Assembly: GCA_051453625.1 (NCBI GenBank)
Contig: JBOZIK010000001.1
Span: forward strand, 22,671,822-22,735,821
DNA from: Welwitschia mirabilis
Taxonomy: Eukaryota
Direction: 5' to 3'
Length of the DNA stretch: 64,000 nt
This document shows positions 1-14,038 of this stretch, one piece after another. The position numbers were made by a program, and so were the translations under genes. Every line of letters starts with the position of its first letter. The stretch's first letter is position 1. Under the pieces are notes generated by a model that saw only the letters and a list, made by a program, of their open reading frames with translations, did not search any database and was not told the DNA's origin.

Positions 1-329
1 GTGTGCCTACTGTTCCATTTTGTTCAAGTACTTTCTTGTTGTTAGATTTGTAACAACTTTTCAATCAAGGGTCTTGTAAGACTATCTTTGGATCATAGAC
101 ATATTTTAATACATAAAAGGGTGATCTTGTCCCTAAATAGCTTTTTTCTTAATGGAGAGATAATAGCTAGACAAAGAAGAGTTGGAAGATATGATATAGA
201 GTATTTGTAGTAATGTTTCAACTAGATTAGCTCTTGATATGTTCATGAAATACTTACTATAGAAAATTGTTTGAAAATTTGAAGAACATTGACTTACACT
301 GCTTCATATCAAAGGGGGAAGTTCAAAAG

Positions 330-1850
330 AAATTACAAGAAATTCGACAACAACAAGAAATGGGAAGAGGAGAAACCAAAATTTTGAAATAGTTACAACA
401 CATGTGTAATGATGAGAAATTCTATTGGGGACAATGTTCCAAGATTCAATGGCTTAAAAAAGGAAATCACCAAACTCATTCTTTTTCATAATGGCTAGTC
501 AACATAAAGAGCAGAAGAAAATTACAGAGTTAAGATATGAAGGCAAAATAGTGAAGGGGAAGTAGGAGATTGGTAAGATCTTAGAAAGGCACTTTAGGAA
601 CTTGTAGTAGAGGGTTAATACCACCCTTATTAGGATTAGGATTCCCGGAATTGTTATTGGAGAAGATAATAAGCATACCCTTAAGGTACAAAACAAGGAG
701 GATGTTTGGAAGCTGATTAAAAGTATGAAGAACAATAAGGCTCACAGCCAGACGGTTGGTCAATTGAAATCTTTGTCATTAAAATGAAGGGTACATAATA
801 GAATGCTTATAACATGACAGATGAGGAAATATATTAACTGTACATGGATTGTTCTCATTTGAAAGAAGTATAGAACTTGTTGGTTATAGACATTCGTCTG
901 TAATGTGCTCATACAACTATGCCTGGGGTTTCAATTTTCAAGATCATCCCATTGGTGCATAAGGTTATTGCCCCTCATCAAGGGGGTTTCGTCAAGGCTA
1001 GGTAAATGTAGGATCGAATTCTATAGAATAAGAAATTTTACATTCTTGTAATGAATTTAGATTTCCATCCATGTTCCTTAAGTTAGATATAACCAAGGCA
1101 TATGACCCCATTTGTTGGAGGGCCATGGAGTAAATTTCAAAAAATAAGGGATTCCACTTTAAATTCACAAGATTATGTCTTGATATGCAAACCACAGCTA
1201 GTTTCTTTATCAAAATCAGTGGAGTTAAGTTAGGGCGATCACCTCATCTCCTATCTATTCATCATTCGCATGGATAGTAAACAAGGAAAATTGGAAGATA
1301 CAGGAGTTAGGGAGGTAGAAATTGGCCTTGAAAGAATTATATATGATCACTATATGGATGATACCATCATTACCATGATTGTAATGAAATCTAGCTACGT
1401 AGGGACAAGAGCTATAAAACAAGGATTAGAGTGCATGACAAAAGAGCCTAGGCTTAGGGTTAACTAGGAAAAATAAAAAATCCACTTTGTTCATACAAAT
1501 CCTAGAATCAAATAGAAAATCAAAAACAGGTTAAGACTATAAGAAGGTAATCAAGGTGATGTCTATCTTAGATTACCCACGCATAAAATGCATAGAGTTA
1601 ACTCTTAGAAGGCTCTAATCTAAAAAATTTGGGGGAAGTGTGACTCTTGGATTAACTAATTCTTGCCCAACAAGGCTAAATGTATTCGAGCTTTCACTAT
1701 CATCACAACTATAACTAGATGTTGTTATTTTGTTATCACCCCTCCTCAAAATAGTCATAAATCAATTAGATCATTGAATAAGTAACTTTGTTTAGTCTAG
1801 GGACAAAAACAAGGAATGGATACACATAGTTAAAAAATCAAAAGCCTTGG
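330..1850 (+). mobile_element. Degenerate L1-type LINE ORF2 (reverse transcriptase) fragment inside the HAD gene intron
   Basis: RT motifs appear in order, broken by stops and frameshifts: WLKKGN (~448), PHQGGFVKAR (~973), FLKLDITKAYD (1074-1106), GDHLISYLFI (~1235, cf. GDPLSPYLF), YMDDT (~1351). Ends approximate. Confidence 0.8.
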
Positions 1851-2419
1851 AGAAGGAGATGTGACATGGCATCGAGGCCTAATTTTGGCTCTTTGGAATG
1901 TAGTAGACTCTACCCTAGCAAACGATGAATCACTAGCTTGATACCAGCCTAAAGCCCTAGAGTTGTAGAGGCATCTTCATCTTGTGCTTGGGATGTTATT
2001 CATTTGGCATCCTTGCCTCCTCCACCTCCTTTGGCATCCTTGCCTCCTCCACCTAGCTTGTCTTTGTCCTTGCACTTGGCCTACCCATTGCCCCTTCTCC
2101 TTGTCATCCTCTTGCTTTTCTTCTATGGAGGAGGTTCCTTCTAACGTTTTCCCTTGTAAAGCCTCTCCTCCTCATTTTGAAGGGGCCTTCACCCCTTGCA
2201 TTCTACTTCCCCACCACTGTCCTTCCCTCTTCCCCTCCTCCCTAACCTGAGGCAACTTTGCTCTAGAAACCTGGTATTGATGCTAAAATGGAAGAGGTTG
2301 AGCGGATTGTTAACCAGCATAGGATGATTGTAAATAGAGTGACTACATTAAAGGAATTTCCTTGCAAAATCCTGGGATCGAATCATCGCCCTATTCCTGA
2401 TGAAACAAAGAAAACTTTC

Positions 2420-3750
2420 ACCTTGATAAAAATTCTGAGGTGCAGGAAAATTTAAAATCTTGGACAATGCAGCTATGATGTTGCAAGATGACTGTGGCAG
2501 AAGGATAATCCCTGTAAACCACTAGGACTGTTTTAGAATCTTTGATGGAGGATTTAGATTTTTCCAATGGATACTTGATTTTTTTTTCATTTTTTTTTTG
2601 TTGTTGTTGTTCTCCCCAAATGGTTTCTGTGTGAGCCATTTTCATCATCATTTTAGTATCATGGCAGCATCCCCCTTTCTGAATCCTTTCCCTTGTTTCT
2701 CAAAATCTTCCTTTATAAATTTCAACGGCAAATTTTGTAAACATCAATACCAGGCAACCACTTTACTTCCAAAAAATAATAATCATTTCAAAAAGTTAAT
2801 GGCACATAGATAAAAACTTATCATATCCTCCTTGCATCCCAATCAGTCCCAATAGCAATCAGTCTTGCTAGGAGTTCTTAAAGAGAAGGGTTTATCTTAT
2901 GATCAAATTTTCGCATTATTATCATATATTTGAGTAATGCACAAAGTAAGATAACTTTATGCACAAGGGACCTCACTATAGAGAATCAAATTCATACTTT
3001 ATATAATGTTTTATGTGTCCACACATCTGTAAGTTACCATATAGGAAGCTGGCAGAATTTTGGGTACGACAAAGATCCACAAGATTGTTTATAGGAAAAT
3101 CTTCTGGGATTGTAGCAATCTATTAGGTCTTAAAAAGACCAGAGAGAAAAGAACAAAAATACAAGTAGAACATCAGATGTAGGTTTGACCAATTGATCTT
3201 TGATTACATTCAAAACCCATAATTGTTGATTATATTTCTTGGACGACTTGAAACTAGAATATGCCAGTTAGGATCAAAATCTCAAAACTTAGTCTTGTAG
3301 GCATAAAATTCATTGTAGCATTACCATACAGTAGAACACAAAAAGTAGAGAATTTGCAAAGATTTCAGATCAAATAGGAAATTGACTTGGATTTACGATG
3401 ATAGGTTGATATGGAAAGCAGGAAATGTCTACAGGTGAGACTCATCTCATCTCCCTATTGGAGATGCCATTTAAAGCTACTAAGATGAAATTTTGTGGGA
3501 CAACATGTGGACATAAAAAATTGCACAATGTGGAATAGCATTTTGGTTCCTTGCAAAGCTGGGCATCTACTTCCTATGAGTATTATGTTTCCCTAGGCTT
3601 GCATTTATATAAGAATTTTCTCCTAGATTGTTGACCAAAGTGGATGGAAGGTTGATCAGCAAACACAAATAGAAGGCAAAGCACACTCATAGATCATTGT
3701 GATAGAGTTTGAATGATGACTTTCTTAAACATCTTTTCTCTTTAACATTG
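2420..3750 (-). mobile_element. Highly decayed L1 LINE 3' fragment (zf-RVT region)
   Basis: Weak minus-strand remnants resemble IW..vPpK..F.W (~3040-3100) and a C..C...E...H zinc finger (~2780-2810). A small + strand endonuclease-end remnant (GSNHRPI) lies at ~2375-2395. Confidence 0.4.
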
Positions 3751-4554
3751 TCGTGGTGCTATCAACAATATAAAACTGAAAGGAGAGAAAATTATACCAT
3801 CTCTGAAGTATTTTTTTTTCATACCACTACTGGCAGAGGCAACAAATAGAGAATGTGAGACAAGAATAGAAATTGAGTACTAAAGTTTTTAAAACAAGCA
3901 TGCAAACAGTACTTTAGCAGATTAGGAAGGGTCTTCTGAACCAAGATAAAATCCAACCAAACTGGATCATACCGAAAAAATGGAAGAACACAAATGTGAA
4001 TATAGCATTTCCACACTAGAGCATTAGAGCCAATGGATAATTAAAATAATATAAAAGGAAACATGTTAAGGGTTCTGAATGTAATATCTGAATAATTAAA
4101 GGAAAAAAATGATGAATTTAACATCCTTTAACATAACCACAAAATACATTATTTCATCAGATTAACATGTAAGATTACAATAACATAAGTTCACATCATG
4201 TAAATTAATATACCATGGTTTGAAGTTACACATTAATGAATACTATTATGTCATTTATATGTGATACATCCTTTAACATATTACATCATTATATAAAATA
4301 AAGAAAAACAAAAAACGAATCTGAAGAAAATCTGAAGAACTACCAGAAGCAGGCCCTATTAAGAAAAAATCACCAAGAACCAGAGACAGATCTTGAGGAC
4401 AACAAGATGCTTAGAGAGATGCTTGCAATGGCACAATAACAACAACTATGATCTGATGGAGAAACCTACAAAAGACTCAAAGGCCTAATTGAAAGGCCAT
4501 TTGAGAAGCTACTCCACAACCTTCTTCTGGATAAGGACACCACCATGTTGGCCA

Positions 4555-4919
4555 GGTTAGGATCAAAGAAGCACCCTGGGGGGGCTGAATAGGGTAATTT
4601 CTCTTTACTGCAAATTTAGAATATAAATTCGAATTTGAATCTTCACAAATATTTAATGAAACAAAATCAATCAAGGAATATTAACNNNNNNNNNNNNNNN
4701 NNNNNNNNNNNNNNNNNNNNNNNNNNNNNNNNNNNNNNNNNNNNNNNNNNNNNNNNNNNNNNNNNNNNNNNNNNNNNNNNNNNNNTTTGGACTGCGTCCA
4801 GAGTCGGACGTCCCAGTTTGAGAGGCGGACGTCCCGTTTGGCACAGCTTCTGAATTACCACACGAAACGATGTGCTGATACCAGTTCTTTGTTCATCATT
4901 GAAACCCATTATCTCTACA
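4555..4919 (-). mobile_element. Solo LTR of a Sirevirus-like copia family (contains a 100-N gap)
   Basis: The minus strand starts TGTAGAGATAATGGGTTTCAATGATG and ends CCCTATTCAGCCCCCCC...GATCCTAACC, similar to the LTR ends of the element at 7670. It contains GGACGTCC palindromes. Perfect TSD GGCCA at 4550-4554 and 4920-4924. Confidence 0.85.
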
Positions 4920-5457
4920 GGCCAAACTTATTTAATTTGATGTTGGATGGAAAATGTGACATTACAAGATGACTGATGCATTGTGAGTTCTTAACCTAAC
5001 GTGAGTTCTTAGCCAACAGTTATGATATTTACTGTATTTCGCAATATTGCTTCTCGAATTTGTGAATTGCTTGCCTATAAAAAGTTTTATTTGTTGAGAA
5101 ACATTGTCTCTATCATCTCAATGCTTTTTATGCTCTTGTTTGTTGTGATTTTCTAGCCAATTACCGGAAATTTTAATTTTTTTGTACTATACATAGAATA
5201 TAAACAGTTTTGATATTTATTGATATAGAGTGAAGCCTCTGTTCTTAACGTATATTTTGAATCATTAAATATACCCACTACCAGAAGTTGCATACAGGTT
5301 AATCATTAAATATACTCACTGTCATAAGTTGCATACAATTTAGTTTACACGTATGCATACCTCTTTTTTTCTATGTATGATTATCCTTGTTTCTGGTATG
5401 ATTTATATGAGAGTGGTACAGAAAGTAATTTTAGTCTTACAAATTCTTTTATACCAG

Positions 5458-5619
5458 GTTGTCTGTGGAAATCGTGCTGGTTCGTTTACATGTTTGCTTG
5501 ATGAATCTGGAAAGTATAATACCATTGATGAATCTCAACACCCCAGACCAGATTTTAAGGTGAAGTCACTGTCTGAGCTTTTGATGCTGCTTCAAACTGA
5601 AGTGGAATTGACAGCTTAG
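5458..5619 (+). CDS. Terminal exon of a haloacid dehalogenase-like (HAD) hydrolase, At2g33255-like; upstream exons lie outside the window
   Basis: Acceptor ttttataccAG| at 5457. The exon reads VVCGNRAGSFTCLLDESGKY...PDFKVKSLSELLMLL*, matching the plant HAD C-terminal pattern CG.RAG.FTCLLDE.G.Y...PDFKV.SL. Stop TAG at 5617-5619. Confidence 0.85.
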   Translation, partial: VVCGNRAGSFTCLLDESGKYNTIDESQHPRPDFKVKSLSELLMLLQTEVELTA

Positions 5620-7669
5620 GTGTTGTCACATGTACTTTGAAAGGGCTAACTTGATATTTGCAGAATGTGTTTGCTTACATATTTCTAAAAAGAACAACAT
5701 ATTTGGTGAATTTTGGGACTTTAAAATGCTTGTGGGTCTGTTGTATGTTATCAACATATTTCAGATTATTTCTGTTTGAGATTCAATTTGGAAAGTAACT
5801 AGAATCTTATGGTTTCAATTCTTTATCAAAAGACATGTCAAATAGTCTATGCAAAGTTGTTCAGTGGGAGTTTAGATGCAAGCTATGGCAAATTTGTTGC
5901 TAATTGCATGTAATGAATGCATAGTAAGATTGGAATTTATGTTGTTTTGATAGACTCTACATCCCCGTGTACATTTTCTACAAAAAAGCAAGGTTTCCTT
6001 CAACTGTGACTTAATAAAAGGGTATCACACTTTATGCTTTCTTTTGTTGTGCAATATAACTTTCATAGTTGGATGGATGACTCTACTGTAATTATGCACC
6101 CATTCTTGATGCCCAAATGCATAGATAAACCTTGTGCCTCTAAAGATGCATCACGTTGAGAATATCCTATGATTTTACTCTTTCCAACATAAATATCCAT
6201 ATGAATATTTTATTACCCTTAAATTAAAGTTTTGGAAGTCTCTCCTAAGATCTTGATTCTGCTTGATTACAAAACTTGAATCTTGATTAACTTTTCCATT
6301 TGATCGCTAAGCATTTTGTTTTTTGGTTTATATGCAATTACTAATGTGTGAAAGGAAATGTTATTTGGGTCATGGCCGAATAGGTAATACTATTCTTCTT
6401 GTCCATGCCTGAGATCATTCAGTGCATGTGGGTTCTAGCAATTATCATGATCTGTAATATCATTTGAAACACGTTGAACAGCCTGTAACTTAATAAAATT
6501 TTAACATGTGATTTTATTAAAGGCATTCTCAGCCCTCCAGAGAAAGAGGTATGTATCGAAGCATATAATAATTAAAGATACATGCATTAGTGAAATGTTA
6601 CTCGAAAGGTTTTGCAAATCCTAGAAGTAGTGTCTTTAACAATTGAACATAATCTAGAGTTAAAAAGACATATTTGCTAGTGGCAACAATAACCTGATGC
6701 TGAAGTGCAAGTATCCTCTAGACCACTGAGCCACATGCCAAATAACTTTGATTTGTATTTAACATATTCTCAACAAAGATTCTATTTTCAAACCTTCAGT
6801 TTACTTTTGGTATTCTTTGTTGTCAGAATCACTTTAGAATTGAGATAGGACGATGGCTTTAAGTTTTTTGGAAGGAGGACAGTTACAGACCTTGTATCCA
6901 AAATATTGTTGAAGATGAACATGGATTCATTTTAGGGTTTAGAATGTCTGTACATGTATACTTTGGGTAATTATCTAGATAGACATTGTGAACCCTTTAG
7001 TTAAAACATTGCATGTGGAACCAATGTTTGAATGCATGAGTTTTAGACTTTTTTACCTCTAGTTTCTGATTCCATATTTGCTTTCCCTTTATACAAATAT
7101 TTGTGAATCAAATTTTCCCATCATTGTTCAGTGAGGAATTCTTTTTGTAACTTTATGGGTGTCTTCAAGATAGGAGTAGTTATATCAAAGAGCCTTCAAT
7201 GGCATTCCTTTATAGTGATAATATCCCAAGCTAATATATATAGAGTGAAGATATATTAATTAACTATTCATTTACATTATCTATAGTTAGGCATAAATAT
7301 ATAAACTTTACAAAATTGGTTAAGTAGGATATCCTTTAGAATAACACAATCTTACACCAAGCGATGAAACATTAAGAAGAATTCATTTTTTCAATTTATC
7401 CATTGTTTTTTCTTATCAAACATCATTGGATCTTCTTCAAAAGGACAATAATATATAGAATCATGAATGTAAAACCTTAAAGAGTCTGGAAAAGCACAAG
7501 GATAATTAATTATTAAGATAATTAGTATTAATGTTGTATTAATATTACAAAGAAGCTATGCTTACAAAGCCAATGCTCCATACATTAAAGTACTAGGCTT
7601 TTAGCCAAGAGCTTAGAATGATTTATAAAAGCCTCTAAGCATAAATGGTTGGTGAAATTAGGATAATCC

Positions 7670-8752
7670 TATTGGAGAATTTTGTTTTAATGATGATTTA
7701 CAACATGAGATTAGGAAATGGCAGTGAATCAACCAGTCTGAAGTGAACCAAGCATTCATTAAGCTTGGGACGTCCACCCTAATAAACCGAGATGTTCGGA
7801 CCTATAAACTAATTTTTGTACTAGGATGTCTGCCCTAATAAACCAAGACGTCTAGCCTTGTGAACTGCTTTTCTACATTGGGACATCTGCCTTGTGAAAC
7901 CTGGACGTCTAGCCCTATAAGCTGCCTTATGAATTGGGACGTCTGCCCTGTAAAACCGGGACGTCCGGGCCTGTTAGTAGATCTAAAGTACTGGGACATC
8001 TGAAGCTCTACTTAGTTTATCAGAAGTCAAGTTTTAAAATTGGGACATCCGAGATTTTTTGATGGGATGTCTGGCCATGTACTCATCGGTGTGAAAATTT
8101 ATTTGTTGAGAATGTCGGTTTGAGAACTTCAATGCAACATCATCTCTAATCTTCTCTGGCACGCTTACCAACATCAACAACACTCTCTACAAAGTTCTGA
8201 ACAGCTATTTTTAGAAGAACTCTATAAATATCTATTGATCTCTAGTCAAAGATACCACTCTGAGATTCTAAAGTGAAACTATTGTGAAATCATTCTGTGT
8301 TGAAATAGTATCATTCATCTCTTTTGTACTACATTGAGAAATCCTCCTCCTTTAGAAGAACTCTCATTCTATTCTCAAAGCTAATGTACTATTCAAATAC
8401 TTAGGCATCACACCATCACACAACCTATACTGTATCATTCTAGAAGTAGCTCAAGGACGTGAGCTTGGCTTGATAGCTAGGAGAAGATCCCTGTGATAGG
8501 GACGTTGTATGTAACCTTTGGTGACAAGGGAACTAGGAGGTTGATAGTAGTTGTTGCCTCCTAAGAGTGGAGTAGGTTGTAGGCTAAACCACTATAAAAT
8601 CCTGATGCACTTGTTCTTGTTTTGTTTTCTTAAGTTTTGGATTATTGCTCTTATCATTTAAATCTTTAGCTTTATCATTTAAGTGTTCCAATCATAAAAT
8701 TTTTAATATTGCACTATTCACCCCTCGTCTAGGGTGCCTCAAGATCCTAACA
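7670..8752 (+). repeat. 5' LTR of element 1
   Basis: Aligns by eye to 15376-16474. Carries ~57-bp tandem units with GGACGTCC palindromes (7765-8075), a TATA box CTATAAATA (~8222) and a C-rich terminal motif ending GATCCTAACA. Confidence 0.9.
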
Positions 8753-8809
8753 ATTGGTAACAAAGCCTGGTGCTCTAGATTTGTACAATTTATTGTTTAA
8801 GTGCAGATA

Positions 8810-11800
8810 CATATTTCATAGCATCCTCTAGCTATTCGAGTTATCCAGAAGGTCAAGCTATTTTCAGGCCTCCTTCTTCAGTTGTATCAATTATGCTCAT
8901 TGGAGGTCCAAAATCAGTATATTCCTAACCTCACTCAATCCTAATATTTGAGTAGTAGTTAAGCATGGTTATTCACCTCCAACTAAAATTGACAAGGAGG
9001 GGAAAAAAGTGTTAAAACCCATAGAAAAATGGGACTTTGATAATAAAAGAATAGTCCAGATTAATGCACAAGCAATGAATACCATCATCTATGCTCTGTC
9101 CACCGAAGAATATGATAGAGAAGTTTAGTGCTCAACAACAAAGGACATGTGGGACACGTTGAAAGTAGCCCACGAAGGAACAAATGTGGTTAAGAACTCA
9201 AAGCTGCAACTACTAGCCACCAAATTTGAGAGCATAAGAATGGAAGAATCAGAATCTCTAGCAGAGTACACCACTAAAATAAACAACATAATTAATAGCA
9301 TGTGGAAACTACGAGAAAGAGTTCCTGAGAACAAAGTAGTAAAAAAACCTCTTAGCAGTTTGATTACAAAGTTCAAACCAAACACCACTCTTATTGAAGA
9401 AAGTAAGGACATTGACAAGATGAGAGTTGAAGAATTGAAGAGATCCCTAATGGCTTATGAAGCTACTATACTTCCATAAGATGAGATGCCTAAAATAAGA
9501 GTATCGCTCTTAAAGCAAGCCAGGAACATAAAGAAGCAACCTCAAGTGATGATAAAGAAGATGATGATCTAGCCTTATTGAGATGAAACTTCAAAAGATT
9601 CCTCAAAAAAAAGAAAAAAAGTAGAATCTCAAAAGGAGGACTCAGACGAACTAATGATAAAGGTAAGAACTCTTCATCATCTATCCAATGTTATGAGTGC
9701 AAAGGATTTGGTCATGTTGCATTTAAATGTGCCAACAAGAAAAAGGAAAAAAGTCGAAATTCAGAGGAAAGGAATCCCTCAAAGCAACATGGGTTGATGA
9801 ATATGAAGATGAAGCCCACTCAAGTGATGAAGATCCCTTGAAAACTTTGGTCTAATAGCCATACTTGATGAAGAGCCTAGTCAAGAACACATCAATCTAA
9901 ATCCATAGTACTGAACAAGCCTAGTTATGCTCAAAAACACAAAATCTAATTGAAATGACTCTAATGATAATGATATTTTTTATGCTTATGAGGAGTTGTA
10001 TAGAATCAATTTAGAGCTTGGTAAGTAAAATTTATCTTTTAAAAAACAAATTTATGACTTAGAGCTCAAATTGAAGGAAGCTAACAGTAAAGTGGAAGAG
10101 CTATTTAAAGATTTGCAAGACTTTAGAAGGATTGCTAAAAGATTGGCCCAAGGAAAGGACAATCTCAACAGATTCCTAGGTATGGGTAGATCACCTCTTG
10201 ACAAATTTGTCCTAGGAAGCCACTCAGGTAACTCTCCTATCTTTCAGTTTTTTCATTCAAGTATGAAATTGCAATCTTTTAGCAAAGTTAGATTCAAGTG
10301 TTATTATTGCAATAAATATTTGCACATGCAATTCTCTTGTCCATATAAAAAATGTATGTATTTTGGTCATGCAAATGACAAATTCAGGTTCATTAGCAAA
10401 ATTGTTCCTATATCATGGGCATCAAAAGGGCAAACTATCAAATAATGGGTGAGAAAGAATACTACTACCTCTCTTTTTGCTCATGTAGCCTGTAAAGCAC
10501 AAGAAAGGACCAAATGGTATCTTTATAGCACCTACTCTAGACATAGGATGGGCAACAAAAGTCTTCTGACCTCCTTTTAAGAGTGTGATGGTGGCGAGGT
10601 TACATTTAGGTAAGGGCGTAATCACCATCTTATAATAAATGATGTATATCTTGTAAATGGGCTAAAGCATAATTTATTTCTCACAAATTTATTGTAGAGA
10701 GAATATAGTATCATTCTACCATGATAAATGCATCATTAAAAATGTTGTAACCAATCAAGAAATTCTGACTAAAGGTAGATCAAAATGTATGTATGTTATT
10801 GGTAGTGGTGATAGAATGAATGGAGGTTGTTATCTAGTCTAAACCGATAAAGGTGATCCATGGCAAAGACGATTAGGATACATGAATCTTAGAGAGTTAA
10901 GAATAATTTCCTCAAAAGAGATAATTAAAGGTATCCCTCAATTGAATGTGTCTTAAGGAAAGGTATGCGAAATTTGTGTTAAAGGAAAATTGGTCAAATC
11001 TAGCTTCTCAAGCAAAAGAGATACAGCATCAAGCAAATAGCTAGATCCCATTCACATAGACTTGGTAGGACCAATCCAAATAAGGAGTATTGGTGGTAGG
11101 AAATAATTTTTTTATCATAGTTGATAATTTTTCAAGGTTTTGTTGGGTTTGTTGTTTATCTACTAAAGATGAAGCTTTTGAAATGTTTGTTAAGGTATGC
11201 AACAGAATATAAAAAGAACAACGTTACTATCTCAAAACCATTAGAACCAATAGAGGAGGTGAGTTTGATAATGATAAATTTGAAAGTTTTTTGTAGTACT
11301 AATGGTATTAGTCATCAATTTTCAGCTCCTACTCCTTAGTAGAATGGTGTGGTGGAAAGAAAAAATCAAGTCCTAATTGAAATGGCTCGAAGAATGCTAA
11401 ATGAACAATCTTTACCACATAATTTTTAGGTGGAAACAGTCAACATAGTAAGTTACATAATAGATTTTTTCTTCAACTAGGAACAAAGAAAATTGTCTAT
11501 GAACTTTGGTATGGTAAAAGACTAAATGTAAGTTACTTTAAAGTTTTTTGGAAGCAAATGTGCAATTCTTAAGGATAAGGGACCTTTAAATAAATTTAAA
11601 TCAAAATCAGATGAAGGCATTTTTCTTGGGTACTTATCGACTAGTAAAGCATATAGAGTCTTCAATAAATCTTCGAGTAAAATCAAAGAGTTAGCTCATG
11701 TTAATGTTGATGATCTGAATGTAAATTTTGCAACTTTAAATAGGAATATTGACATGGACTCTGTAACTGAAATTCCCAACACTAGCATGACTTCTGAAGA

Positions 11801-13500
11801 TAGACCATCAACTTCCGACAACAAACAAAGCCTAGAAGATGCTCAGATGTTTCACTCCTTACCTCAAAGGATCAAAAGAGATCATCCGATGGAATTCATA
11901 ATAAGTGATCTCAATCTTGGCACCACAACAAAGAGTGGTAAGCATATCAGTCCAAGTTTTTTGTGTTTTCTTTCTAGTTTAAAACCCAGGAACTTTTAAG
12001 AAGCAAAGAAAGATAAAGCATGAATGCTGGTTATGCAAAATGAGCTCATCAGTTTGAGAGGAACCAAGTCTAGGACTTAGTTTCTCCTCCTCGAGGAAAG
12101 CACAACATTAGAACAAAATGGATGTACAAGAACAATAAAGACGAAAATCACAACATTATGCAAAAGAAAGCTCGATTGGTTACTCAAGAATATAGCGAAC
12201 AAGAAAGTATAGACTACGATGAAACATTTGCTTTGGTCGCTAGGTTAGAAGCTATACATATATTATTAGACTTTGCTTGCTTTTATAGAATTAAATTATT
12301 TCAAATGGATGTCAAAAGTGCATTTTTAAATGGCTATATCAATGAAGAAGTTTACGTCGCTTAACCTCTAAGTTACATAAATCCTAAGCTTCCTAATTTT
12401 GTGTATAAATTGAACAAAGCCTTGCATGGATTAAAGCAAGCTCCTAAAGCCTAGTTCAATAGGTTAAATATATTACTTGTTTCAAATGGATTTGTTTAAG
12501 GTAATGTTAATCGCACTTTATTTATCAAGCATGAGAATCAAGATAAACTTTAAGTACAAATTTATGTTGATAATATAGTGTTTGGATCAACAAAAATAGT
12601 GCTTGCTCAAAAATTTGCCAAACTTATGTAGAAGAAATTTGAAATGAGTATGGTAGGTGAGTGGAACTTTTTTCTTGACCTTTAAATCAAGCAGCTAAAA
12701 GAAGGTACCTTCATAAGCCAACCTAAATATATCAGAGACATCCTAAAAAGGTATGATATGAGTAATGGGAAAGATTCAAGGACACCTCTATTCACAAATG
12801 CTAAGGTAAGTAAAGATGAGCCTAATAAGCAAATAGATCAAAAACTTTTTCAAGGTATAATAGGAAGTCTTCTATATCTTACAACAAGTAGGCTAGAAAT
12901 AGCTTATAATGTTGGTGTGTGTGCTAGGTAGTAGTCAAATCCTAAAGAATCTAACTATATTTGTATCAAAAGAATTCTGAAATACTTGAAACACACTTAA
13001 AATTTTGGTCTATAGTATCCAAATGACACTACACTTGTTCTTGTTAGTTATAGTGATGCAGACTAGGTAGGTTGCACTGATGACAGGAAAAGCACAAGTG
13101 GAGTCACTTTCTACATAGGAAATTGTCTTGTGTCTTGGCTAAGCAGGAAACAAAACACAACTTCCTTATCTATAGTAGAAGCTGATACATAGTTGCCAAA
13201 GCTTATTATACTGAGCTCACTTAGATGAAATAAATGTTAACTGACTTTAAAGTAAAATTTCAAGAAATCAAGATGTACTGTGACAATACAATGGCTATCA
13301 GTATTATAAAGAATCCTATTTAACATTCTCACACGAAAGATCTCAATATAAGACATCACTTCATTAGAGATTACATACAAAATTGTATTGTTGCATTAGA
13401 ATATATTGATGCTAATCATCAAATTGCAGATACCATAATCAAAGCCCTCAGTGAAGAATGCTTTATTTACTTAATGAGAAATAGGAGCATAAGGGCTTGT
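8810..13500 (+). pseudogene. Disrupted gag-pol of element 1
   Basis: ORF fragments 9147-9479, 10071-10445, 11754-11999 and 12122-12364, plus intervening copia motifs with many stops. Confidence 0.9.
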
Positions 13501-14038
13501 CCCCTTGAGGTATAAACTTAATCACTAGAATTTTACTAAGTGCCAATATTGTATATTATCTGGGTAAATATTTTTCTCCCTAAAATTGTCATGATCTATT
13601 TCTTTTTGCAAAAATTCTATCGTCTATTGTGATTACGCTCACCTAGATTAATTCAATAGTGATCTTGGACATCCCATTTCAACACTCCCAAATGTCTGCT
13701 TTTCTTTCTATTTTTTTTTTTTTCCTATCTTATCTTGTAAAATCAGTTGATTCTATCTAAAAATCCCAGATGTCCACCTTTTAAATAGTGTATCTTTTAT
13801 AATCCAAGTGTCTGGTCTCTGAAGCCTAGATGTTCACTCTTATACAAAATTGAATTTTTTTCTTTAGAGCCCAGATGTCCTGATAGATAAACCCGGATAT
13901 CCATGCTTTATGTAAACAGAAACCCTCGAGATGCCCCATTCTTCACCTGGGGACTTAAAACCCCAAAACCCAAATGCTTTCTTCATTTTCATTCCCACAT
14001 CTTCCTCCTCCCTCTCTGGCATTTCTTGAGTTTTTAAA

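Noticed and set aside
1984..2250. 88-aa Pro/Leu/Ser/Cys-rich ORF
   Set aside because: Arises from low-complexity pyrimidine-rich sequence with a short duplication.
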